A DNA stretch of 54,222 bases, taken from positions 1 through 54,222 of the IMG/VR virus record IMGVR_UViG_3300046507_000271, one strand, 5' to 3'. This DNA is from a virus. Positions 39,409 to 48,887 of this stretch are shown here, piece after piece. Under the pieces are notes generated by a model. That model did no database searches. It was not told where the DNA came from and worked only from the letters and a program-made list of their open reading frames with translations. Position numbers and translations under genes: made by a program. Numbering within the stretch: position 1 is the first letter of the stretch; the number at the start of each line of letters is the position of its first letter.

Positions 39409-39961
39409 AGAATTCCCTGTGTGGGAATGGCGTCGCACGATGTTCCTCGCATCTGCGCGCAACCAAGGGACCGCTCAAGGCAGCTAACCGGCCAACGCCG
39501 GCTCTGTGCCGCGAGCGGGTCTCTACACACTTTCATGATTGGCGCCTTCAAAACGTGGGACTCGGCCCCCATGGATGCGGCGAAGTGCCGGGCTTCAAGG
39601 CGCCAACCATGAGAGTGAATGCTGGCGAGTATCAGAAGAAAGGTGAAGCCAATGAAGAAATAACGGAACTCCACGCCATTAAACGCGCGATCGCGCTTGA
39701 TCTCTTCGACTTCAAGTAATTCCCTATGGGGAGTTGCGGCACCGGCATAGCGCTCTGAGAGCGTCTTTCGGCGGCCGCCTTAAAGAAAGTGGGATGGCCC
39801 CCTAGCCGATGCTGCCGCTCAGTGAAGCAGCAACCTAGCGAGGGCTTGTCTCTACACTCCATTTGCGCATGAGCGCTGCTCAGCAGTTGGCACTGCGGCC
39901 GAGTCCCGGCCTGTACGGGGCAGCGTTCAGCCGCAAATGATCTAACTCTCACGGAGCCGAA

Positions 39962-40249
39962 ATGGCGAAATTCCGCAAGAAGCCCGTCGTCATCGAGGCG
40001 ATCACATTCGACGAGCTTGTCGAGCATGGCAAAAGCCAAGTCGATGAGGCGCATCGAGTCAACGGGATGCCTTGGTCGTTTAGCTACGCCGGGCACCCCA
40101 TCACGCATGAGAATGATGATTGCTACATCATCCCAACGCTCGAAGGTTCCATGAACTTTGGTCGGGACGACATGCTAATTACTGGCGTCAAGGGCGAGAT
40201 TTACCCTTGCAAGGCCGATATTTTCGCGGCCACCTACGAGCCTGCATGA
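39962..40249 (+). CDS. Conserved phage protein of unknown function
   Basis: ATG lies 7 nt after ACGGAG. 95 aa. MAKFRKKPVVIEAITFDE... is a widespread small phage family. Confidence 0.5.
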   Translation: MAKFRKKPVVIEAITFDELVEHGKSQVDEAHRVNGMPWSFSYAGHPITHENDDCYIIPTLEGSMNFGRDDMLITGVKGEIYPCKADIFAATYEPA

Positions 40250-40335
40250 TTCCCCGCGCTGCTCCCGGCTGCTATCAGCCTGCGAACTCTCCGCGCAGGA
40301 GTGGCCGGTGAGCGCGCACCTATAGCGAGGCAAGG

Positions 40336-40542
40336 ATGCGAGAGGCACACATCGTAATCAATGGCGTGGCGCTGTCCAGCGCGCAGTCTGCAACGCTCAG
40401 GTCCGCGCTAGAGTCGTTTCGGATGCACATTGCTGAGCCGTTCGCGCTTGGCAATGACGACCACGGTATAGCTATGGTTCAAGCATACAGAGCGCATGCA
40501 TCCAAGATTTCCGACTTGATCCACAAGGACATGTCGAACTGA
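40336..40542 (+). CDS. Hypothetical protein
   Basis: 68-aa ORF. RBS GAGGCAAGG. Confidence 0.4.
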   Translation: MREAHIVINGVALSSAQSATLRSALESFRMHIAEPFALGNDDHGIAMVQAYRAHASKISDLIHKDMSN

Positions 40543-40697
40543 ACAACGACCTTGCGGTCACGCGCCTGGCCGCGGAGTGGCGCGAAGCATCACGAGTAAC
40601 CCCGGCAGGCCACGATAGGACGTAAGCCACCTCCTTCCCATCTTCGGATGGGTTCTATGGCGCTAGGCGTGGTCAACCCATACACACAGGAAGCGTA

Positions 40698-40970
40698 ATG
40701 AACAGTGTGCACGCATCCGGCGCCACCATCACGATCACGCCGCACGAGGGCGAGCCGATAACGCTAGAAGGCCGGCTCCACATACCGAACGAGCACATCA
40801 ACCGCAACGATTGCGAAGCATGGCCGAACAGCCTGAGTGGAGCGATCACGGTTACGTTCGACGTGCGCTGCAACGGATGGCGCGTGTACGACACGCTGTC
40901 GAAGTTGCCACGTGCGCCGCGCAAGGTGGCGCAATGGAAGCGGGAGCAAACGCCGCTGCGTTACCGATAG
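40698..40970 (+). CDS. Hypothetical protein
   Basis: 90-aa ORF. RBS CAGGAAG. Confidence 0.4.
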   Translation: MNSVHASGATITITPHEGEPITLEGRLHIPNEHINRNDCEAWPNSLSGAITVTFDVRCNGWRVYDTLSKLPRAPRKVAQWKREQTPLRYR

Positions 40971-41036
40971 CAAGCTGAGCGGTTTCCGCTCGACGCTCGC
41001 GCCTCTGAGCGCAAGAATTCACTCAACAGGACCGAT

Positions 41037-41804
41037 ATGGCGCTGACAGACAAGCAGCGCCGCTTTGTGGACGAGTATCTGATCGACTTGAACGCCACGC
41101 AAGCGGCGATTAGGGCGGGATACAGCGAAAAGACGGCTCGTTCCATTGCCGCGGAGAACCTGACTAAACCTGACGTAGCCGAGTATTTGTCCAAGCGTCG
41201 AGCAGAAATTGCCGATAAGACGGCGATCACACCCGAAGTCGTGCTTCAGCGCTGGTGGGAACTGGCAAACGTCGACATCAACGAGATCGTCGAATACCGG
41301 CGGGACAACTGCCGACACTGCTGGGGCGAGGATCACGAATACCAGTGGACGCACGGCGAGTTTGAGAAGGCGCAGCGCGACGCTGAGAACGAAGGGAAGC
41401 CAGAGCCAAGCTGCGTGGGCGGCTTCGGATTCGTTGCGACGCGCGAGCCTAATCCTGAGTGCCCGGAATGTGCAGGCGAAGGCCGCGGCAAGGTGCACGT
41501 GCATGACACGCGCCGATTGAAGGGCGCCGCTCGGCGTCTATATGCCGGCGTGCATCAGGGCAAGGATGGGCTCAAGGCGCTGATTGACGACCGAATGAAG
41601 GCGCTGGATAACGTGTCGCGCATTCTCGGCGTGTACAACGACCGTCGCGACGATCCGATCAAGGCGCAGCAGGCCGAAAAGCTCCGCATGGAGAACGATC
41701 TACTGCGTAAGGACATAGACAGCGACGACGAATCGCCGCCTGAATCGCGCAAGTTCGTGATCGAGGTCAAGGACGCAAGGAAGCGCAGCGATGCCGAGTC
41801 TTAA
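41037..41804 (+). CDS. terS: Terminase small subunit (Terminase_2/P27-like) with an inserted CxxC...CxxC segment
   Basis: MALTDKQRRFVDEYLIDLNATQAAIRAGYSEKTARSIAAENLTKPDV is the family HTH. The insertion carries CRHC and CPEC. Confidence 0.8.
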   Translation: MALTDKQRRFVDEYLIDLNATQAAIRAGYSEKTARSIAAENLTKPDVAEYLSKRRAEIADKTAITPEVVLQRWWELANVDINEIVEYRRDNCRHCWGEDHEYQWTHGEFEKAQRDAENEGKPEPSCVGGFGFVATREPNPECPECAGEGRGKVHVHDTRRLKGAARRLYAGVHQGKDGLKALIDDRMKALDNVSRILGVYNDRRDDPIKAQQAEKLRMENDLLRKDIDSDDESPPESRKFVIEVKDARKRSDAES

Positions 41805-43065
41805 CGTACCGCAGGCTCAGTTCCTGTCGATGGAGCACAAGTTTCGCGCCTACGTTGCCGGTTTCGGATCGGGTAAGACGTGGGTTGGTTGTGGCGGCCT
41901 GATGCAGCACTTCTGGGAGTATCCGCGCATCAACGCGGGGTACTTCGCGCCGTCGTATCCGCAGATTCGTGACATTTTCTATCCGACCGTCGAGGAAGTC
42001 GCCGCCGATTGGGGGCTGAGTGTCCGCATCAATGAGTCGAACAAGGAAGTGCATGTTTTCGAAGGCCGCAAGTCGCGCGGCACGATCATTTGCCGCTCAA
42101 TGGAGCGCCCAGACACGATCGTTGGTTTCAAGATCGGCAAGGCTCTATGCGACGAGCTGGACATCATGAAGGCCGAGAAGGCGCAGCAGGCATGGCGAAA
42201 GATCATCGCCCGTATGCGCTACAAGGTCGACAACCTGAAGAACGGCGTCGATGTGACGACCACGCCTGAAGGCTTCCGCTTCGTGCATAGCCAGTTCGTC
42301 AAGCAGTTGAGCGAGAAACCGGCGCTCGGCGGGATGTACGGGCTGATCCAGGCGAGCACATACGACAACGAAGCGAACCTGCCGGCCGATTACATCGACT
42401 CGCTGTTCCAGTCGTATCCGCCGCAACTGATTGACGCATATTTGCGGGGTCAATTTTGCAATCTGACGAGCGGCAGCGTCTATCCGAACTTTGACCGCAA
42501 GCTGAATCACAGCGACGCCGAGATCAAGCCTGGCGAGCCGCTGCATATCGGCATGGACTTCAACGTGCTCCGCATGGCTGCTGTCGTGTACGTGGTGCGT
42601 GACGGCAATCCGATCGCAGTTGACGAGCTGGTCGACGTGCGCGATACGCCGGATATGGCCCGGCTGATTGGCGAGCGCTGGCGCGACAACGGGCATGCGA
42701 TCACGATCTACCCCGACGCGAGCGGCCAGAACACGAGCAGCAAGAAAGCATCCGAGTCGGACATTTCGATTCTCAAGCAGGCGAAGTTCACGATCAACGT
42801 TGGGTCGACAAACCCGGCTGTCAAGGATCGCGTGCTGTCGACAAACGCCATGCTGCTGAACGGCCAGGGCGAACGCCGCATGAAGGTGAACACGCGGCGC
42901 TGCCCGAAGTTCACCGAAGGTCTCGAACAGCAGGCATACGACGAGCGCGGAGAACCGGACAAGTCGAGCGGCGTGGATCACGTCAACGACGCCGGCACGT
43001 ATCCGATCGTTCGCATGTACCCAATCGTGAAGCGCCAGACGACCGTCCGCCCGCTCCACATGTAA
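41791..43065 (+). CDS. terL: Terminase large subunit
   Basis: Walker A AGFGSGKT. 424 aa. Overlaps terS by 14 nt. Confidence 0.85.
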   Translation: MPSLNVPQAQFLSMEHKFRAYVAGFGSGKTWVGCGGLMQHFWEYPRINAGYFAPSYPQIRDIFYPTVEEVAADWGLSVRINESNKEVHVFEGRKSRGTIICRSMERPDTIVGFKIGKALCDELDIMKAEKAQQAWRKIIARMRYKVDNLKNGVDVTTTPEGFRFVHSQFVKQLSEKPALGGMYGLIQASTYDNEANLPADYIDSLFQSYPPQLIDAYLRGQFCNLTSGSVYPNFDRKLNHSDAEIKPGEPLHIGMDFNVLRMAAVVYVVRDGNPIAVDELVDVRDTPDMARLIGERWRDNGHAITIYPDASGQNTSSKKASESDISILKQAKFTINVGSTNPAVKDRVLSTNAMLLNGQGERRMKVNTRRCPKFTEGLEQQAYDERGEPDKSSGVDHVNDAGTYPIVRMYPIVKRQTTVRPLHM

Positions 43066-43078
43066 CCGAACAACACAC

Positions 43079-44479
43079 ATGACGACAACAGTGCGCGACC
43101 AGTCCGCCGCAGTCGCTTCGATGGCTGAGAACTGGCCGATTATCGACGCACTGCTCGGCGGCACGCCTGCCATGCGATCGGCAGGCACCACATATCTACC
43201 GCAATGGCCCGGCGAATCCGGCGACGCATACAAGGCGCGCAAGGACACGGCGACGCTGTTCCCGGCGTTCCCTCGCACGGTCGAGGTGCTGGCAGGCAAG
43301 CCATTCAGCAAGCCTGTCACGCTGACCGACGATGTGCCGGCGCGCATCAAGGACTGGTGCGACACGGACATCGATCTGCAAGGGCGCAACCTGCACGCGT
43401 TCGCCGCGAGCGTGTCTGAGGAAGCGCTATCGCACGGTATCACCGGCATTCTGGTCGACTGTCCGCCAGCGAATGGCGTGCGGACGCAGGCAGAGGAACA
43501 GGCCGCTGGCATCCGGCCGTATTGGGTGCATATCCACGCCAGCAACATTCTCGGCTGGCGCTCGCAGCGCATCAACGGCGCGGAAGTGTTCACGCAACTG
43601 CGGCTGCTCGAACAGGTGATCGAGGATGACGGCGAGTTCGGCGAGAAGCTGATCGAGCAAGTGCGCGTGCTGTATCCCGGCAAGTGGCAGACGTGGCGCG
43701 AGTCCGAGAATCCTGATCCGACGACCGGCAAGCCCGAATGGATTCTGAGCGATGAAGGCACGACGACGCTCGACGTGATCCCGTTCGTGCCGATCTACGG
43801 CCGGCGCACCGGATTCATGACCGCGGTCCCGCCGCTGCTCGAACTGGCGCACATGAACGTCGAGCACTGGCAGAGCAAGAGCGATCAGCAGACGATTCTG
43901 CACGTCGCGCGCGTGCCAATCCTGTTCGGCAAGCAACTCGGCGAAGCACCGGTTGTAGTAGGCGCCGGCTCGATGGTCTCGTCGGACAACGAACACGGCG
44001 ATCTCAAGTACGTCGAGCACTCCGGTGCGGCAATCGAAGCAGGGCGGCTCTCGCTGCTTGATCTCGAAGACCGCATGCGCCAAGTCGGCGCCGAACTGCT
44101 CGTCATCAAGCCTGGCAAGACGACAGTCGCGCAGACCGTCGCCGAGAACGAAGCGGGCATGTGCGCGCTGCAGCGGCTCATCGAGGACGTCGAGGATGGC
44201 ATCGACGCCGCGCTCGCACTGACCGCGCGCTGGATCAAGGAAGCGAAGGGCGGCAACGTGCAGATCTTCAAGGATTTCGGCGTTGCAACGCTTGCTGAGG
44301 CATCGATCGACCTGCTGCGCGACATGAACGTCGACGGAACGTTCTCGGACGAATCGCTGTTCAACGAAGCGAAGCGCCGCGGCTACATCAGCCCAGAAAC
44401 GAAGTGGGATGACGAGAAGAAGCGCATCGCACAGAACACGCCGAAGGGCAATCTAGGCGCCGTCGCCATCGCTGACTGA
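43079..44479 (+). CDS. Portal protein
   Basis: 466-aa ORF after terL. Portal-like flavour (NVEHWQSKSDQQTILHVARVPILFG). Confidence 0.75.
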   Translation: MTTTVRDQSAAVASMAENWPIIDALLGGTPAMRSAGTTYLPQWPGESGDAYKARKDTATLFPAFPRTVEVLAGKPFSKPVTLTDDVPARIKDWCDTDIDLQGRNLHAFAASVSEEALSHGITGILVDCPPANGVRTQAEEQAAGIRPYWVHIHASNILGWRSQRINGAEVFTQLRLLEQVIEDDGEFGEKLIEQVRVLYPGKWQTWRESENPDPTTGKPEWILSDEGTTTLDVIPFVPIYGRRTGFMTAVPPLLELAHMNVEHWQSKSDQQTILHVARVPILFGKQLGEAPVVVGAGSMVSSDNEHGDLKYVEHSGAAIEAGRLSLLDLEDRMRQVGAELLVIKPGKTTVAQTVAENEAGMCALQRLIEDVEDGIDAALALTARWIKEAKGGNVQIFKDFGVATLAEASIDLLRDMNVDGTFSDESLFNEAKRRGYISPETKWDDEKKRIAQNTPKGNLGAVAIAD

Positions 44480-44504
44480 CGAAACACGAACAAGCTACCT
44501 ACCG

Positions 44505-44535
44505 GCCGCACAGCTAACCCTGCGCGGCTTTTTTA
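44505..44535 (+). terminator. Hairpin plus T6
   Basis: Stem gccgcacag/ctgcgcggc (one mismatch) followed by tttttt. Confidence 0.5.
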
Positions 44536-44604
44536 TTGCCGGTTCCTCGGATGAGGGGCGGCGCAACACGGCCGGATGGCCTAACAGCTCGGGTTGGATG
44601 ACCT

Positions 44605-45360
44605 ATGAAACTCAAACTGAATGATGATGGATTCGCAGTCGTGCAAGACGGCAAGCCGGTCTACGTGAACGACGATGGCAAGGAAATCGCCTTCGATGTC
44701 GCTGGCACGGTTGCAACGATCTCGCGCCTGAACAGCGAAGCCAAGGGCCACCGCGAACGTGCAGAAGCGGCCGAGAAGGCTGCCAAGGCATTCGAGGGCA
44801 TCACCGACGCAGAAGCCGCACGCAAGGCACTCGCTACTGTCGCCAATCTCGACGCAAAGAAGCTCGTCGACGCTGGCGAGATCGACAAGGTTCGCGCCGA
44901 AGCGATCAAGGCCGTCGAAGACAAGTACGCGCCGATCGTCTCCGAGCGCGACGGACTGCTCAAGTCGCTGGTCGACGAAAAGGTCGGCGGCAGCTTTGCG
45001 CGCTCCAAGATGATCGCCGACAAGCTCGCGATTCCTGCCGATCTCGTGCAAGCGCGTTTCGGCAATGCGTTCAAGGTCGAAGGCAATGACGTCGTGGCCT
45101 ACGACAAGTCGGGCAACAAGCTGTTCAGCCGGAGCAATCCCGGCGAAGTGGCGAAGTTCGACGAAGCGCTCGAAATCCTCATCGACCAGTACCCGTATCG
45201 CGATTCGATCCTCAAGAGCACCGGCGCATCTGGCGGCGGCGCTCAAAGTGGCAATGGCGGTGCATCCGGCAGTAAATCCATGTCCCGCGCTGCATTCGAT
45301 GCGCTACCTCCCGCCAAACAGGCGGAAGTCGCACGAAGCGGCACGACTTTCACTGATTGA
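44605..45360 (+). CDS. Scaffolding protein
   Basis: 251 aa, Ala/Lys/Glu-rich and helical. Sits between the portal and coat genes. Confidence 0.6.
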   Translation: MKLKLNDDGFAVVQDGKPVYVNDDGKEIAFDVAGTVATISRLNSEAKGHRERAEAAEKAAKAFEGITDAEAARKALATVANLDAKKLVDAGEIDKVRAEAIKAVEDKYAPIVSERDGLLKSLVDEKVGGSFARSKMIADKLAIPADLVQARFGNAFKVEGNDVVAYDKSGNKLFSRSNPGEVAKFDEALEILIDQYPYRDSILKSTGASGGGAQSGNGGASGSKSMSRAAFDALPPAKQAEVARSGTTFTD

Positions 45361-45374
45361 TTTAGGAGCCTTCC

Positions 45375-46541
45375 TTGGCTAACACTTTGACGGGTCTGAT
45401 CCCGACCCTTTACGAAGCACTGGACGTCGTTTCGCGCGAACAGGTCGGCCTCATCCCGGCCGTCTCGCGCAACAGCAACGGCGCACGCGCCGCGGTGAAC
45501 GAGACGATCATGATCCCGATCGCACCCCCGGGCACGATGGCCGACAACACGCCGGCCGTGACCGCTCCGAATACGGGCGACTCGGCGATCAGCAACGTGT
45601 CGATGACCATCAGCAAGTCGAAGCACGTTCCGATCCGCTGGAATGGCGAAGAACAGACGGGCCTGAACAACGCTGGCACGTATGGCGGCATTCTGATGAA
45701 CCAGTTTGCGCAAGCGTTCCGCACGCTTGGCAACGCAATCGAAGCCGACATCTTCGCGACGGCATACCAGAACGCATCGCGCGCCTACGGTACGCCGGGC
45801 ACGGCTCCGTTCGGCACCGCTGGCGATCTGTCGGACATCGCTCAGGTTCGCAAGATCCTGGACGACAACGGCGCACCGCAAACCGATCTTCAATTGGCGC
45901 TCGGCTCGTCCGCTATCGCCAATCTGCGCGGTAAGCAGAACGTGCTGTTCAAGGTGAACGAAGCTGGCACCGACCAACTTCTGCGCCAAGGCAAGATCGG
46001 CGAACTGGAGGGCATGGCGATCCGCAACTCGGCAGCCATCAAGCCGGTCACGAAGGGCACTGGTGCAAGCTACACGACCGACACCGCTGGTTACGCTGTG
46101 GGCGCGACCGTCATCAACCTGATCACCGGCACCGGCACCGTGTTGGCTGGCGATACCGTCACGTTTGCCGGCGACACGAACAAGTACGCCGTCGCAACTG
46201 GGATCGCCGCACCCGGCCAGATCGTTCTGGCTGCGCCCGGCCTGCTCCAGGCGATTCCGGCATCGGCTACGGCTGTGACGGTTGGCGCAACCGCAACGTC
46301 GAACCTGGCGTTCAGTTCGTCGGCGATCCAACTGATCACGCGCGCTCCGAAAATGCCGATCGGCCCGGACGGTCGCGCGATGGACATGGCAGATGACCTG
46401 ATCCAGATCACCGATCCGGTGACGGGCATCACTTACGACGTCGCCGTGTATCGCCAGTTCATGCAATTAGTCTATCACGTGCGCCTCGCATGGGGTACGC
46501 AGGCCATCAAGCAGAACCACATCGCGACCCTGCTCGGGTAA
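45375..46541 (+). CDS. Major capsid protein (P22 gp5-type coat)
   Basis: TTG start 6 nt after AGGAG. 388 aa. LIPTLYEALDVVSREQVGLIPAVSRN is typical of P22-coat-like proteins. Confidence 0.75.
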   Translation: MANTLTGLIPTLYEALDVVSREQVGLIPAVSRNSNGARAAVNETIMIPIAPPGTMADNTPAVTAPNTGDSAISNVSMTISKSKHVPIRWNGEEQTGLNNAGTYGGILMNQFAQAFRTLGNAIEADIFATAYQNASRAYGTPGTAPFGTAGDLSDIAQVRKILDDNGAPQTDLQLALGSSAIANLRGKQNVLFKVNEAGTDQLLRQGKIGELEGMAIRNSAAIKPVTKGTGASYTTDTAGYAVGATVINLITGTGTVLAGDTVTFAGDTNKYAVATGIAAPGQIVLAAPGLLQAIPASATAVTVGATATSNLAFSSSAIQLITRAPKMPIGPDGRAMDMADDLIQITDPVTGITYDVAVYRQFMQLVYHVRLAWGTQAIKQNHIATLLG

Positions 46542-46595
46542 TCGCGCTCGGGGCGGTGCGGTACGGCCGCCCCGGCTCAATACGGAGCCATTCAC

Positions 46596-46763
46596 ATGCA
46601 TTGCCCGACTGTTCGCGTGGTATCGCCGGTCTCCGACGACAACCCGCACGGATTCATCGTGATCAACGAGTCGGACCTGACCGACGATCACGAGATTTTC
46701 GAGGAAGGCGCTGACGAAGCGGCCAAGCCGAAACGCAAGTACACGAAGAAAACGGACGTTTGA
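46596..46763 (+). CDS. Hypothetical 55-aa protein
   Basis: ATG lies 8 nt after ACGGAG. Not in the ORF track because it is shorter than 60 aa. Confidence 0.35.
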   Translation: MHCPTVRVVSPVSDDNPHGFIVINESDLTDDHEIFEEGADEAAKPKRKYTKKTDV

Positions 46764-46764
46764 C

Positions 46765-47163
46765 ATGGCGCTGACCGACGCTCAACTGACCGATGTACGC
46801 CGTTTCATGGGCTACCCGCTCAACGGTACGACCATGACCATCACCAATGACCAGGATCTGGTCTACGGCTATTTCGGCATGGTTGTTATGTCGCTGCAAC
46901 AGCGGCTGACAACGCTGTCGGCCAGCGAGGAATCGGTGCTCATCAACACCTATCTGACGCCGCTCTACGCGCTGGAAACAGCGATTTTCGGTGCGGGGGA
47001 CAACCTGGACACCGATCAGGCTGCCGTCTGGACGCGCAACAAGAGCGAAGTGAGCGACCGATCGAAGCTATTCGACCAGTGGCGCCGTCGCATGTGCGCG
47101 TTTATCGGATTCGCGCCCGGCCCGTCGCTCGGCAATGGCGGCTCGCAAGTAATTCGGGGCTGA
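46765..47163 (+). CDS. Head-tail connector region protein
   Basis: 132-aa ORF abutting its neighbours. The call rests on position only. Confidence 0.45.
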   Translation: MALTDAQLTDVRRFMGYPLNGTTMTITNDQDLVYGYFGMVVMSLQQRLTTLSASEESVLINTYLTPLYALETAIFGAGDNLDTDQAAVWTRNKSEVSDRSKLFDQWRRRMCAFIGFAPGPSLGNGGSQVIRG

Positions 47164-47164
47164 T

Positions 47165-47809
47165 ATGGACGGCACGAAGGCACAGAGCCTCGTATATCGG
47201 GGCTACGCAATCGCGGCGTCGAAGCTCGGCACCGCATACAGCCAGTATCGCCCCACATCAGCCGATCTGACCGGCCTCGCGCCGATTTCGACGTCATTGC
47301 TCGCCAGTTTCAACGCTGAAGACATGACGTACAGCCGGCCGAACAAGTACGCGAAGCCGACATGGTACGCGCTGGTCGACGGCACGCAGACGAAGGTCGG
47401 CGATTACCTGATTGGCGCGGCCGGAACGTTCTTCATCGCTGCGCAACAGCCGTTGCTGCCGATTCTGGCGGTCGAGTGCAATCGCACGCTGTCGTTTGCG
47501 CGACCGCAGACGCAGGCGCAGTTCGGCGCGGTGACGAATTACGAAGGCAATACGCCAACGACGCAAACGCCGCTTGCTACGGGCTGGCATGCGTCGGTGC
47601 TGCAAGGCACGAAGGGCGAAAAGAACGAAGTCGGCTTGCCTGGCGACACGCGTAATCCGTGGTGGGCGATTCTGCTCCCCGCGATTCCCGGCGTGACGCT
47701 GCAAACCGGCGATCTGGCATCCGACGACATCGGGCGTCGCTACCTGCTTTCGAGCGTTGAATTGACGGATCTCGGGTATCGATGCACCGCGCAACAATCA
47801 CAGGCGTAA
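47165..47809 (+). CDS. Head-tail connector region protein
   Basis: 214-aa ORF. The call rests on position only. Confidence 0.45.
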   Translation: MDGTKAQSLVYRGYAIAASKLGTAYSQYRPTSADLTGLAPISTSLLASFNAEDMTYSRPNKYAKPTWYALVDGTQTKVGDYLIGAAGTFFIAAQQPLLPILAVECNRTLSFARPQTQAQFGAVTNYEGNTPTTQTPLATGWHASVLQGTKGEKNEVGLPGDTRNPWWAILLPAIPGVTLQTGDLASDDIGRRYLLSSVELTDLGYRCTAQQSQA

Positions 47810-47812
47810 ATC

Positions 47813-48658
47813 ATGGCTGACGTGAGCGAAGTTCAGACGACGCTCGTCGGCTTGATAGCCGGCGCGCTGTATCCCAATGGCACAGGCCAGCCGTCAGCAG
47901 TCGGTGCGAACTGTCGCGTCGGCTCTGGATGGCCGAGCAAGCCGCAACTCGACGCCGATCTTGATGCGGGCATCGTCAACGTGTCGGTCTATCCGACGTC
48001 GATCGAGCACAAGACCTCGCGCCACATGCAAACGTGGCAGCAGATCAACCACAACGCGCCCACGGTCACGCTGACCGCAGCAGGGCAGGCGATTACGGTA
48101 GGCGGCACGCTGCCGGCGACGTACTTCGCGCAGAACGTTGCCGTATTGATCGGCGGCCACGCCTACGCCTACACGGTGCAGCAGAGCGACACGCTGACGA
48201 CGATTGCCAGCGCGCTCGCATCGATGATCGCCGCGAACTACGCCGGCACCACGTCGAGCGGCCCGGTTATCACGCTGCCTGCTGGCACGCCGCAGCCGAC
48301 GCTGCGCACTGGCGGCACGGCGACGATGGGCAAGGAAGTCAAGCGCCAGTCGCGCGTCGTGCGCATCGTCATCTGGGCGCCGACGCCGGCATTGCGCGAT
48401 GCAGTCGCCAAGGTGCTCGACCCGATGCTTGCGCAGATCAATTTCCTGACGCTGCCTGACGGATTCGCCGGGCGGCTGCTGTATCACCACTCGGATCTCG
48501 TCGACTTGCAGGAGAAGGCGAATCTGTACCGCCGCGATCTCTGCTACTCGGTGGAGTATCCGACGACCATCACGCAGCAGGCAACCGACGTCACGGTGAC
48601 GGTCACGAACCTGGTCGAGCCGACAACCGGCGCGGTCATCAAGCAAATCATCTATTAG
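47813..48658 (+). CDS. Virion structural protein (neck / tail completion region)
   Basis: 281-aa ORF. The call rests on position only. Confidence 0.45.
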   Translation: MADVSEVQTTLVGLIAGALYPNGTGQPSAVGANCRVGSGWPSKPQLDADLDAGIVNVSVYPTSIEHKTSRHMQTWQQINHNAPTVTLTAAGQAITVGGTLPATYFAQNVAVLIGGHAYAYTVQQSDTLTTIASALASMIAANYAGTTSSGPVITLPAGTPQPTLRTGGTATMGKEVKRQSRVVRIVIWAPTPALRDAVAKVLDPMLAQINFLTLPDGFAGRLLYHHSDLVDLQEKANLYRRDLCYSVEYPTTITQQATDVTVTVTNLVEPTTGAVIKQIIY

Positions 48659-48666
48659 GAGCCGTC

Positions 48667-48828
48667 ATGGCTGACAAACAGGCTGCCGCGAAGGCAGATT
48701 TCGCGCTCGTCGTGATCCATCCGTTCGGCGACTACGAGCGCGGCGCGCGCATCGAGGATGCAGACGAAGTTGCGAAGGTTCTGGAGGGCGAAAACGCCTC
48801 GCATGTGAACCGCGTCGCCGCGCAGTAA
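48667..48828 (+). CDS. Hypothetical 53-aa protein
   Basis: ATG lies 6 nt after AGGAG. Followed by a strong terminator. Confidence 0.35.
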   Translation: MADKQAAAKADFALVVIHPFGDYERGARIEDADEVAKVLEGENASHVNRVAAQ

Positions 48829-48848
48829 TCCACCATCAACGATGAAAG

Positions 48849-48875
48849 AGCCGCCTCTGGGCGGCTTTTTCTTTT
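48849..48875 (+). terminator. Rho-independent terminator
   Basis: Stem agccgcc tctg ggcggct followed by ttttcttttgg. Confidence 0.7.
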
Positions 48876-48887
48876 GGAGCTTCACGC

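Noticed and set aside
39405-40108. ORFs 39405..39674 (-), 39421..39612 (+) and 39632..40108 (-) in the long intergenic region
   Set aside because: They have alternative or unsupported starts without an RBS, non-coding-like composition and mutual overlap. The last one also overlaps the well-supported gene 39962..40249.
42145-43761. 538-aa ORF on the minus strand opposite terL and the portal gene
   Set aside because: Arg/Ala/His-rich, low-complexity translation typical of antisense frames in high-GC DNA. It is fully overlapped by two well-supported + strand genes and has no RBS.
45243-46466. 407-aa ORF on the minus strand opposite the major capsid gene
   Set aside because: Antisense shadow ORF. 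The capsid reading frame has an AGGAG RBS and a family-typical N-terminus.
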